Made by a program: the position numbers and the translations under genes. From contig OZ234493.1 of NCBI GenBank assembly GCA_965153455.1, positions 11,708,213 through 11,772,212 on the forward strand: a stretch of DNA of 64,000 nt, read 5' to 3'. Positions 1-10,220 of the stretch are shown one piece after another. The stretch comes from Sphagnum compactum. Taxonomy: Eukaryota. The notes under the pieces are model-generated. The model was not told where the DNA came from. It made no database searches and worked only from the letters and a program-made list of their open reading frames with translations. Positions within the stretch are counted from its first letter, which is position 1. Every line of letters begins with the position of its first letter.

Positions 1-289
1 ATATCAAAGGATCAAAGTTCAAAATAGGGTAGTCCAAAAAAGAAAAGGGCTACAAAACCTTACTAATTATATAAAATGAAACCCTAACCCATATCAGTAT
101 CTACAATCCCGTGTTTAGCTCGATATGCAGCTGCTGCATTTGCAGCCTTTGCTGCATGATGAGCAGTGTAAAGATGGCGGCGTTGCATCTCAATCTGAAC
201 TGCATTTGCAACAAACTGGGCCTTTGTTTGGTCCTGAACCCTACAAACACCCAAAAATCACCAAATTAAACCGTAACACACCTTGGATT

Positions 290-520
290 AAGCTCTGCAA
301 CTCGAAGCTCGTGGAGCTTGGAGATCGGAGCTGCAACTCCGAGCTCCACGAGCTGGGAGCTGCAGCTCCAAGCTCCACGAGCTGGGAGCTGCAGGTCCAA
401 GCTCCAAGCTCCAAGCTCCAAGCTCGTGGAGCTCGGAGCTGCGCTGGAGCTCCAAGCTCGTGGAGCTCGGAGCTGCTGCGCTGCTCCCAGCTCGTGGAGC
501 TCAGAGCTGCAGCGCTGCAG
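290..520. repeat. AGCT/GAGCTC-rich satellite array, inverted relative to 2157-2725
   Basis: Modules CTCGTGGAGCT, GGAGCTGCAGCTCC and CCAAGCT; reverse complement of the modules at 2157-2725. Confidence 0.9.
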
Positions 521-524
521 GTTT

Positions 525-552
525 AGGGTTTAGGGTTTAAACCCTAAACCCT
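525..552. repeat. 28-bp perfect palindrome of head-to-head plant telomeric repeats (telo-boxes)
   Basis: AGGGTTTAGGGTTT|AAACCCTAAACCCT read directly. Confidence 0.85.
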
Positions 553-781
553 CAAAGCTCAAAGCTGCAACGTTTAAAGCTCCGAGCTTAAAGCTGCAAT
601 TTTCTAAAGCTCAAAGTTGCAACGCTTTTTTTTTTTTTTCTTGCTGCTAGTGGCGATTTATTTTTTTTGCTTTGTTGTTGCTTGTGCTTTTGTTCATTAG
701 AATTAACAATTGGTAATAACTACTGGTTTAGGGTTGGAGGTTATAATGGGTAGGAGGAGAGTAAAGAAAAGCGATGCAGCA

Positions 782-1096
782 GATGCGGGAGGTGCCCAGG
801 AAATTGTCACCACATCAGATGCGGGAGGTGCCCAAAAAATTGTCATCACATCAAATGCGGGAGGTGCCCAGGAAATTGTCACCACATCAGATGCGGGAGG
901 TGCTCAGGAAATTGTCACCACATCAGATGCGGGAGGTGCTCAGGAAATTGTCACCACATCAGATGCGGGAGGTGCTCAGGAAATTGTCACCACATCAGAT
1001 GCAGGAGGTGCTCAGGAAATTGTCACCACATCAGATGCGGGAGGTGCCCAGCAAATTGTCACCACATCAGATGCGGGAGGTGCCCAGCAAATTGTT
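782..1096 (+). repeat. 36-bp coding tandem repeat, ~8.75 copies (DAGGAQEIVTTS)
   Basis: GATGCGGGAGGTGC(C/T)CAGGAAATTGTCACCACATCA repeated, in frame in ORF 710-1213. Confidence 0.95.
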
Positions 1097-2156
1097 GCTA
1101 AGGATAATATTGTTGCATTAGATCGGGAAACTGGTGAGCATAATTGTGCTCTATCACAATTGAAACAGAAGGGTAGCATTGGTATAGATTACTTTAGAAT
1201 TCGTGGACATTAGAAGATAGGACATTAGATTAATTACAAATTAATAAAATTGTACAAATTTCTCAAAATTTAATTGCACCTGCACCTTCCATTTGTTGGA
1301 TGGTGCAGGAATTTTTTTGTCAAAATTTTTTTACTGCAATACCTTAGAACAGTTCATGTTTATAGAAGTAATATGTAATTTTGTGATTTGATGTTTTGCA
1401 ATACCTGCATTTTGTTTATTGAACTTTCTGTTTTTGGGTTTAGGTCCGGAACTGGAAACTGAGCAAGCTTCTCAACCACCTGCAGTTATTTATCCACCTA
1501 ATCTGGCTCGGAAGGATAAGGAATGGACAAAGGTCGGGTCCAAATGGAAGTGCAAAGTCCACAATTGCACTATCGCATATTGTGCGAAATGGCTATTGAC
1601 GCAGCATTTGAAGGAGGTGCACGGCTTGGTGGCAGAAAAGTCAAAACCTGGGAGGCCTTCAACTACTGCAGGAGGTCCTCGGCATCAAGACCATGGCAAG
1701 ATGAACGCTCGCATTTTGGGAGATGCAATGGCTGTGCAGAGGTGAAATGATCAGAAAGCTGCTAGTCGTGCTCGTGCCAAAGCAAAACGCGAGTGGAATC
1801 ATTTGATGACTCTTGCAAAACAGTGTCCACCACTCCCAAAACCACCTTTGGTCAGATTTGCTTCAGAACAATTGTGAAGGTGTTGGGCCTTGATGCCTGG
1901 GGCGTGGGCAGTGTGGCGCGAGATGCAATTGTACGAATGGAGAAGGATGATGACTTACAGGGGATGATCCGATCCACTCGTTGTGCATACGCACGACAAT
2001 TAAAGACGGCATGGGATGTGAAGAATTGGGAGCGAGAGTCCAGCAAAACAAGTTGGACAAAACAATTATCGGATGTTTTGGATTTTCATGAATCTAGAAT
2101 GATTCATGGAAGGTAAGAAAAAATATTAAGCAATGTTTATTGTTTTTTTATTGCTA

Positions 2157-2725
2157 CAGCTCCCAGCTCATGGAGCTCGGAGCTGCAGCTCCGATCTCCA
2201 AGCTCCACGAGATCGGAGCTGCGCTGCTCCGAGCTCTGAGCTCCACGAGCTTGGAGCTTGGAGCTTGGAGTTGCAGCTCCCAGCTCGTGGAGCTCGGAGC
2301 TGCAGCTCCGATCTCCAAGCTCCACGAGATCGGAGCTGCGCTGCTCCGAGCTCTCAGCTCCACGAGCTTGGAGCTCCAGCGCAGCTCCGAGCTCCACGAG
2401 CTTGGAGCTTGGAGCTTGGAGCTACAGCTCCCAGCTCGTGGAGCTCGAAGCTGCAGAGCTTGGAGCCGCAGCTCCCAGCTCGTGGAGCTCGGAGCTGCAG
2501 CTCCGATCTCCAAGCTCCATGAGCTTGGAGCTACAGCTCCCAGCTCGTGGAGCTCGGAGCTGCAGCTTCGATCTCCAAGCTCCACGAGATCGGAGCTACG
2601 CTGCTCCGAGCTCTGAGCTCCACGAGCTTGGAGCTCCAGCGCAGCTCCGAGCTCCACGAGCTTGGAGCTTGGAGCTTGGAGCTGCAGCTCCCAGCTTGTG
2701 GAGCTCGGAGCTGCAGAGCTTCCCA
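2157..2725. repeat. AGCT-rich satellite array, inside the putative intron of the element gene
   Basis: Repeated GGAGCTCGGAGCTGCAGCTCCGATCTCCAAGCTCCACGAG and GGAGCTT modules. Confidence 0.9.
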
Positions 2726-3174
2726 ATGTAAATAAAAACCAGTTTTAACACATCCTCTATGGTGTTTTTCTGGCAGGCTGTGACTGCAGCACGAGCAAAA
2801 CTCGAGGCTTTTAGAAAAGTAAGCTCATACAAACATCACCATTATGAGAAAGGTTTATGAGACCAGTATGAAAATGGCAGGGGAAGCAAGCATTCCAAAA
2901 TCACTGGGCATCACTCAGCAGCTGTGAAGAATAACAATGAAATTGAAGGAAGGGCTTTGATGACCATGAGACATAGACAAGACCTTCTCAACATTCTGAA
3001 AGCCAGGAAGGACCTTCTTAGACAAAATTTAGCATCTGCTGAGTTGGCTATGTTTGCAAGCAAGCCTTCAAAGCTGGATAAGTGGAGGACTTCGTATAAT
3101 ATTGCAGATTCCAACAGTGAGGAAACTTCGAACCAAAATAAGCAGACAAGAGGATGAAGTTGAAGTGGGATTTG

Positions 3175-3610
3175 CTGCGTTGCAGCAAGCAAGCTCCGGA
3201 GAAGCTCCGAAGCTTCGGAGCTTGCTGCAGCGCTGCGGCAAGCTCCGGAGCTTGGAGCTTGTTGCAACGCTTCAGCAAGGTCCGGAGCTTGCGCTGCAGC
3301 AAGCTCCAGAGCTTGGAGCTTGCTGCAACGCTGCAGCAAGCTCCGGAGCTTGCGTTGCAGCAAAACGCTTACCTGGGTAAAAAAAATGAACATTGTAATT
3401 TTAAAAAAATGTTTACCTGGGTCCTGCGTGGGTCCGGCTCCAGCCGCTCCAAGCTCGAAGCTTGTTCCCGCTCCAAGCCGGCTCCAAGCTCCAAGCTCGC
3501 TCCCGCTCAACGTCTCTGGAGCCAGGAGCTCTGGCGATGGAGTGAGGGGGGAAGGGTTGGTAGGTGGTAGGTAGGAGGGGGGAGGTAGGTGGTAGGTAGG
3601 ACGGGGGAAA
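3175..3610. repeat. Subterminal AGCT satellite and G-rich GGTAGG tract
   Basis: GCAGCAAGCTCCGGAGCTT modules at 3175-3530; GGTAGGTGGTAGGTAGGAGGGGGGAGGTAGG within 3546-3607. Confidence 0.8.
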
Positions 3611-3955
3611 ATTTTGGGGTAGAGAAGAGGTGGAAAAAAAAAAAAAAATCCGGGCAGGGAGGATGGGATTTTCGTTCATCCGGAAAACGGCCTCAACGGG
3701 CTCATCTGCAACTGGTGCATTGGTGGCTGCTAATTCACTCCAGCCCTTCATTTGTACATTTCCGGAATCTGCGGCGTGTTTGCAAATAAAATTTTGCCGG
3801 GTCTTCCACTTCGCGAGCACGATGAGTCTCAAGATGGAGAAGACGAACGTGGCTCAGTTGAAACCGTCGATGTGAGAAATCTTGACAACCCATCTATTCT
3901 ACCGCGCGTCTTTCTCTTCATCACTGCGGAAGTCGAGAACAAGAGGAGGATAGCG

Positions 3956-5511
3956 ATGGGGAGCACGATGGCGGATGCTCAGGCGCTCGTCACGGCATTG
4001 CGATCGGCATATGCTTCCACTCCTGTAAAGCTCAAGGTACAGCATCGGCAACTTTTTTTCCTCTCTGGTTTTTTTGTCCCCCAATCAGACGCTTTTTGAT
4101 TTGCAACTGTCGTTCTGGTTTCCGCTATGAAAAGACCGATGCTTCTCATCGGGAAATCGAGTCTTTGGAACCAGATCTGTGAGGCCTCTTTCATGTCTAC
4201 GTGCTTGAATTCATTAGTAAGATGTGGGTGGGGATGGTAACTTGTCTCTCCCGCCGCACTTGGTTTTGTTTTCATGGTTTGTCATCGGAGTAGCAGTGAG
4301 GGTTTCTTTGTTTCGATCGCTTGGCAGTTTTTTCTGTTTATCAGCAACGGTTCGACTTCTACGAAGAGTAGTAGTAGTAGTGCTGTTATTTGCATTACTA
4401 GAGACCCGGAATTGCCGTTGCAAGTGGCAAATACGATAAAGAAAAAAATACAAAGGGTTAGGGTTTTCACTTGTGCAAACCCTAGGGCATGAACAGAGTC
4501 AGAGTTTTTGAGTGATTCTTGTAACATCTTCTCCAGTGGTTTTGTTACATGGTCAGCTTTTGACTCAGCTTCTATTTTCATGGTGGTACTGATCTTCTTC
4601 CTTTTTGAGTCATACTCAGGAAGCTGCTAACATGGGCCTGGATCCTTTGGAACTTTGCAGATTATTGACCTATATGTAGTGTTTTCGTTGGCCACAGTGC
4701 TGGTTCAGGTCAGCTTCTTCTGATCTGTTTTGGCATGTTATATACTTCAATCAAAAAGGAGGAGGAGAGATTTTCATGCTGATTCTTACATTCATTCAAG
4801 CTGAGGAGAAGAGTTTTTTGATGCTGATTTGTTCTGTTTTTTTTGTTGTGGATTGCACTGTCCTTGCACTTTTGACTATCATCAACAGACTTTCTTTGTT
4901 GGAACAGGTGATTTACATGTCCTTGGTGGGCTCATTTCCTTTTAATGCATTTTTATCTGGCATTCTCTCATGCATTGGCTCAGCAGTTCTCGCAGGTGCT
5001 TTTCTTATCCAACACTTTGGGATTTGGTTACAGGTTAGGGCTATTGGTCAATGCATAAAGTCCCAGCAGGACTAGGCCTCAATGCATTTTTTTAATTTTG
5101 ACCATTAGTTATTGCTGGTAACAATATGCTGTTCTGGTTGCAAAGTGAGATATTGTGGGAATGCCTTCTTACACTTTTCAGTCCGTAGGAGTATAAGTTT
5201 TGCTGATCTTTCTCAGGTTGCAGAGGTCTTTCCAAGACTTTGGTTCTGCTGTCTGATTGATATTGTGTGGTGTATATTGATATTGAATGGGAGCAGTTTG
5301 TTTGCGCATGCAAGTCAACAAAGAAAACAAGGAGTTCAAGGTTTTTTCTATCCTGAGTTTTTTCTTTGATTGATTATCCAATACACTCTTTTTCTTTGTA
5401 TCTGAATGACTTGTGGTTTCTGTGCAGGATCTTCCCCCAGAGAGAGCATTTGCAGATTTTGTCCTCTGTAATCTTGTTCTTCACTTGGTTATCATGAACT
5501 TTTTGGGCTGA
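3956..5511 (+). CDS. DAD1: Defender against cell death 1 / oligosaccharyltransferase subunit OST2 (114 aa, 5 exons)
   Basis: Exons 3956-4036, 4661-4708, 4908-4995, 5297-5340 and 5428-5511, all GT-AG and in frame. Protein: [114 protein letters not shown]. These are hallmark DAD1 motifs. Confidence 0.97.
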
Positions 5512-6877
5512 TTTTGGTAAATCAATTTTGTTGAACTGGTGGGCTCAGCTTGTGATGTTTTCAGTAGACACTTTAGGTGTGTTGGTGGTCTGTGTTAATG
5601 TTGCTCTATCTCTTAGCTCTGTGTGACTTATTTTACCAGGCATGGATCCTTAGCTAGGAGGTCCAAATTAGAAATTTGCTAATTTTGTCACATCTCAAGG
5701 AGCATACACAGTAGTAGTGAATAATTGCCAGTGGAGGACAGTGTGTACAGAAGGAAAAAATTGTTCAGATTTTCTACTTGGTTTATGAGGTATTAAATTA
5801 TTCCTTTCTTGTCTTGTATCTACAATTGACTTTTGTTTAGAAGTAGTCTGCTGGCCAGTATGTCAGATTAGTAGGTACATGCTATTTTTTAGAGTTGACT
5901 GGCAGCTCATATACTGTCCCTCGGAGGAAATCACTTTCAATGGAAGATGCAATTGAAATAATTGAGAAGGATGGATCTGACTTTTGGATTGTCATAAAAA
6001 CTCATACTTCTTTGATGAGTGTTGTCGGTATGATGAAAATAGTATTAGGTTTTTTGTTACACATTTTGCAGGGTCATTGTAGCGGTCTTTTCAGTTTCTA
6101 AACTTTCCCTTGATGATGACAGTTATACTATTTGTTCATTTAGGGTTTAGGGTTTATACTATTTGTTCATTTAGTCACTTTTCTATTTTCCTGTCTTTCA
6201 TGGTAGCTACATTGTACTTGTCACTGCTATGTGTGGTGTATGTAGGATGATGTGTGATGGTTATCTGTTATTATTCAGTTGGCTGTTTATTTCATTTGTG
6301 ATTGTAGGTGATGAGATTGAACGGTGGCAGGATTTTTTAAAGTCTGAAATAGGGCAACTAGAATGCCGCTGAAGGTTGTTATAAATTTGTGTGTTTATGT
6401 CTATGTGTCGACCATCCTAAACCCTACCTATCAATTTCTAGATATATGTAGGTAGTACTTTTTACAGACTAGTTTAACAAGTTAAAACCAGATATTAACT
6501 CCTGTGCATTCAAATTTGATGATGTAAAAATTGTGCACCTATTGTATTCCATAATTTATTGTGAAGACAAAATTGTCATTGGGTGGTGGGTGCAACCCTA
6601 GTCAAAGCAGAAATCACCCAATGGCCAAAGCTAAAAGTACTAGATTTATAAAATTTATGCTAGATTTCAAGGTATCCTGTGTAGCACAGTTTATATGTAA
6701 TTCTGGAGGAGTTCCAGACTCCAGACCAATTAATGTGATAATCAACACACGTCCCAAGTTCATAAGACATTATTATCAAGATTAGAAATGAGATGACTAG
6801 AAAATAACATATGGTGAGGTTTGGTTTGGTGTGGATGTTCTTGTTCATATTTCATGAATCATATGGAATGTGATTTA

Positions 6878-8875
6878 TTATCTTCGGAGAAGTTGTCTGC
6901 CTCTGTCATTTGCCCCCTTCACTCTGTAGTTGAGTTCCCGCACATCTGCATCAAGATATGTGATGCCCTCATTTTGTCTGCAAGAGGGAGAAAGGTTTAG
7001 TGTATGTGGGTCAAGAACAGAGAAATAGATTGAGATGCATTCTAACTCTCTGGTGAAACAAGAAAGAATGCAGACCTTGAGATTTCTGAGTGCATTTGTA
7101 GGGACATGTCCTTCAGCTGTCCAATTACATTGCTTAGATCCATCAGTGCATCCTCCTGCTTCAAAGGCCCATCCTGTTTCAAGTGTCACATGGCCCGTTG
7201 AATTTAAGGAAGAGAGAATTTTGCTGAATGTAGTTAGTTATACATATGTGCTGTTTTGCTTTCTTCTGCTTGATCATAGGGACAAGAAGCTTTTAACAGT
7301 GTGGAATTCAGACTTCAACCTAGTTCATTTTTCAAGCTTACCCCCAATTGGTGATGTTCTTGAAACCCCCCAGTGGAGCTCAAGGAATTGCTTGACTTCA
7401 CCACACTGTGACTAGTGTACAGCCCCAAGGCTGTCCTGTCTGCCTCATTACAACTATGTCTCTGGAAGTTCTCACCTGCAATTCCCATAACAAGCCTCAG
7501 GAGCTATAAGCCTTCACCATATGCATTCATCACAGCAAATTGCTTGTCAAAGACACCAAGAAACTTGCATCTGTTGAGAGGAGCGTGGGGAGTGTGACAG
7601 TTAAGAGCAGCAAAATAGCACCTCCAGTGTCAAGTGGTCCAGTAATAGTGCCTGTCAACTTGGGCTTCCATTTCCTGGAAAAGATGCCTCCAAGACTTCC
7701 CAATATTTTTTCTGCCTGTAAAAAATGCAGAATGAGTCAAACCATGAAGAAGCTGCTATGAGTCTCAGATCAGATGCATCTCCAGCAATCTTGCCCCAAG
7801 GCATGAATTCTGATTTGATACTCCTACACTACAGACAACCGATTGGCAGAATGGTCTCTACATAGCAGGATTGACTACTAATGGGGAGGGGTCCTACCCT
7901 AGGGTACAGTTCACACAACCTCTTGCATGCTAGGCTGCTGTGCACCAAACCATTTACCTATGTGGGTTCATGGCCCAGTAGAAGACAAATTTGAAGCAAC
8001 ATGAGAGTTGCAAAAGGATGCTTTCTTACCACAGTGAGGTGCTGGTCCACTTTGACAACAGTTTCATGAGTCTGTTGGATCTGGTCTCCCTGAGCATGCA
8101 GCAATGCCATAGTCTCGCCAGCAGCATCCTTGGTTTCCTCTGCAACTTTCAAGCAGTTTTTGATGGTGGCCATAGTCTCTTGTGGTTTCTGAATTGCATA
8201 GGCCTGCAAATCTTGCATTGCTCGATTTTCTTCATGTCCTTGAGCTCCAATACTCTTGCTTCTATTGCAATTTGAGCTGACAGAGTGCTCACACCTTTCA
8301 GAGTTAGGGTTTGACCTCTGTCGCCAGGAACCTTGGACTGAAATGGCTGGAGATGAAAACAGATCACGATCCCTAGTGGGATACTGTCTCTCTGAAGAAG
8401 TTGGCCTCTCCCAAGATTCAGCTTCCTGATCCAAGTTTTCAGAGTAGCTGGAGATTGGTGTAACATCTCTGGGTGCATTGACATACTTGGGTTGTACAGA
8501 GCTTCTCCCTAAGGAAGTAAATTCATCCTTGTCCTTTTGCACATCAAATGGTTTACTATGATGTGTGGGTCGGGTGTCTGGGCACACTGAGTGGTTGACA
8601 AATTGCTTCTCTAAAGAAGCTTGCTGTTCCCCAAACTCCTCTTCCTCTTCCATGTCTTCAGAGCATCTGTGGATGGATGTAGGGTTAGTAAATGCCTTCA
8701 TGCTCTCAAGCTGGGTAAAGGTTGTTGTTGTTGCTGCAGAAGTGGCTTCATCCTCTCCGTCACTTACAGGCTTGGTGTAATGCAGAGGGCAGGTGTCTCC
8801 ACATGATGAGGACTCATCTGAGTAATCAAAAGCATTGTGTGATTGTTGATACCGATGATATCTTCCTCCTGACAT
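6878..8875 (-). CDS. SNAP25-family Qbc-SNARE (SNAP33-like), ~423 aa, 5 coding exons
   Basis: Exons 8875-8030, 7715-7622, 7475-7342, 7173-7076 and 6977-6878, GT-AG with consistent phases. Qb helix AMQDLQAYAIQKPQET...LHAQGDQIQQTH...EKILGSLGGIFSRKWKPK. Qc helix KQEDALMDLSNVIGQLKDMS...RQNEGITYLDADVRELNYRVKGANDRGRQLLRR*. Confidence 0.9.
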
Positions 8876-10009
8876 CTTCTCCCTGTAGAAGTTGCAGTGA
8901 ATTTAAATCTGGAAAGCACCCAGATGACTGCCAATTCAGTCCACAAGATAAATAAATAGCACAGTCAGACAAACTCTACAACATCAAAACCTTGAGAGGC
9001 AGAAGAAGAATGAAACCACCCATCACAGACACCGTTTCCTGGATTACCAAATTGGCAACAAACAAGAAACTGACTCAACAAGAAGGGAAAGAAAACAGAA
9101 AAATTTGTTTGCATAAGACCATAGCTATCAGAAAACAAAACAATCACAGGCATTTCTTCAATTACTATTGCATAGATAGAGTTTGAGAGGACAACTCAAA
9201 GAATTGCATACACGATGGTAGAATTCTGATTCAGGAAACTGACGGAGCTCTTCTGGGTTTCATCAACTCATAGCTGTGAAACACATTTCAAACGAAACCC
9301 CATGAGGAGTAGAGCTAGAGTTTCGAGAGCATCATCATCCTTGGAGCGTAGTGATAGTACAGTACCTGGATCTGCTGCTGCCCTTGATGGATTTCTGATG
9401 CACGCGCCAGGGAACCACCACAGCTTAGGATGCACAGAAGCCCTAAAGAGCAGGGCAGGTAACAGAGGAGAGAGAGAGAGAGAAGTGAGTCAAACAGAAG
9501 CAGAATTCTTCATACCCATTGCAGAAACTCGAAACTGCTTCATGCGATCACATGGAAGGACGCATTCTGCGAACACGAAGGATGGACAAAGAACCGCACT
9601 AGAATCTCTCTACTACATCCATAAACTGAAAACGAACTGTTCCCCAATCACAACTACTACCGCCACCTTTAGCCTGCGCCACAAACGAAAGAGAGACAAG
9701 AAAGCTGTAGAGGAAGTGCTATGCGGAGCAAAAACTGAAGGACTTACGCAAAAATGGTGGTACTCTTATTACTTACAACAAAGGAAAGGTTTGCTTGTGT
9801 TGTTGATTGATGCAAGATTGGCAATAGTGCCGTTGCAACGACGACGACGACACTGCACAAACACATTCTCCCCCCTCTCACCCCAACGGTCACTCGGCCG
9901 CCAGCAACAACCACCAACGAACAAACAAACAAACAAACAAGCGCTCCCCCATCTCTCTTCACTTTCTCCAATGTTTTTTTGGTCAATTTTGTGATTTGTT
10001 TTTTCTGGC

Positions 10010-10220
10010 CAAAATGGCAAATCATCCATGTCAACATTTAGCCAAATTTGGTTACAAGCTACATATGAATGTAAATTTTTTTGGGAACATCCTTCTGTAT
10101 TTTTGGCTACCAACTTGAACCGTGTTTAGAAATCTGGATTTTTTTCTTTTAATTTTTGGTCCAATTCTGGCTGTTCGAAATATTAAAAAAAAACACTTGA
10201 TTTTAGCATTCTTGTTTTAA
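10010..10220 (+). repeat. Dispersed AT-rich repeat; related copies at ~12800-12900 (-), ~24255-24470 and ~48500-48640
   Basis: Shared TTTAGCCAAATTTGGTTACAAG- and TGGCTACC(T)AACTTGAACC-like motifs at several loci. Confidence 0.55.

Larger units (their letters stand above)
746..3157 (+). pseudogene. Decayed element-borne spliced gene: 12-aa repeat exon, C2H2 zinc-finger exon and helical C-terminal exon
   Basis: Exon 746-1133 (ATG...ACTG|GTGAG) splices in frame to 1444 (TTAG|GTCCG). It encodes WKCKVHNCTIAYCAKWLLTQHLKEVH (C-x4-C-x12-H-x4-H). In-frame TGA at 1743-1745 and a frameshift near 1875. Donor at ~2112 (GAAG|GTAAG), acceptor at ~2777 (GGCAG|GCTGTG); the last exon has one further TGA. Confidence 0.6.
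1..3746. mobile_element. Part of a large satellite-rich (foldback/Mutator-like) DNA element; right terminus at ~3746, left end probably outside the window
   Basis: 3650-3746 reverse-complemented (GGGCTGGAGTGAATTAGCAGCCACCAATGCACCAGTTG...) matches 62826 onward (GGGCTTGAATGAATTAGCAGCCACCAATGCACCAGTTG...). Both copies have a GGTAGG/CCTACC tract followed by AGCT satellite arrays. Superfamily is inferred; no TSD can be checked. Confidence 0.7.

Noticed and set aside
782-1096. 36-bp repeat resembling CRISPR repeat length
   Set aside because: Contiguous tandem units with no spacers, in a eukaryotic coding frame.
2133-2735. Multiple overlapping ORFs on both strands
   Set aside because: Artefacts of the stop-free AGCT satellite.
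9302-9994. 230-aa plus-strand ORF
   Set aside because: Antisense to the SNARE gene 5' UTR and promoter, low complexity, no recognisable motif.
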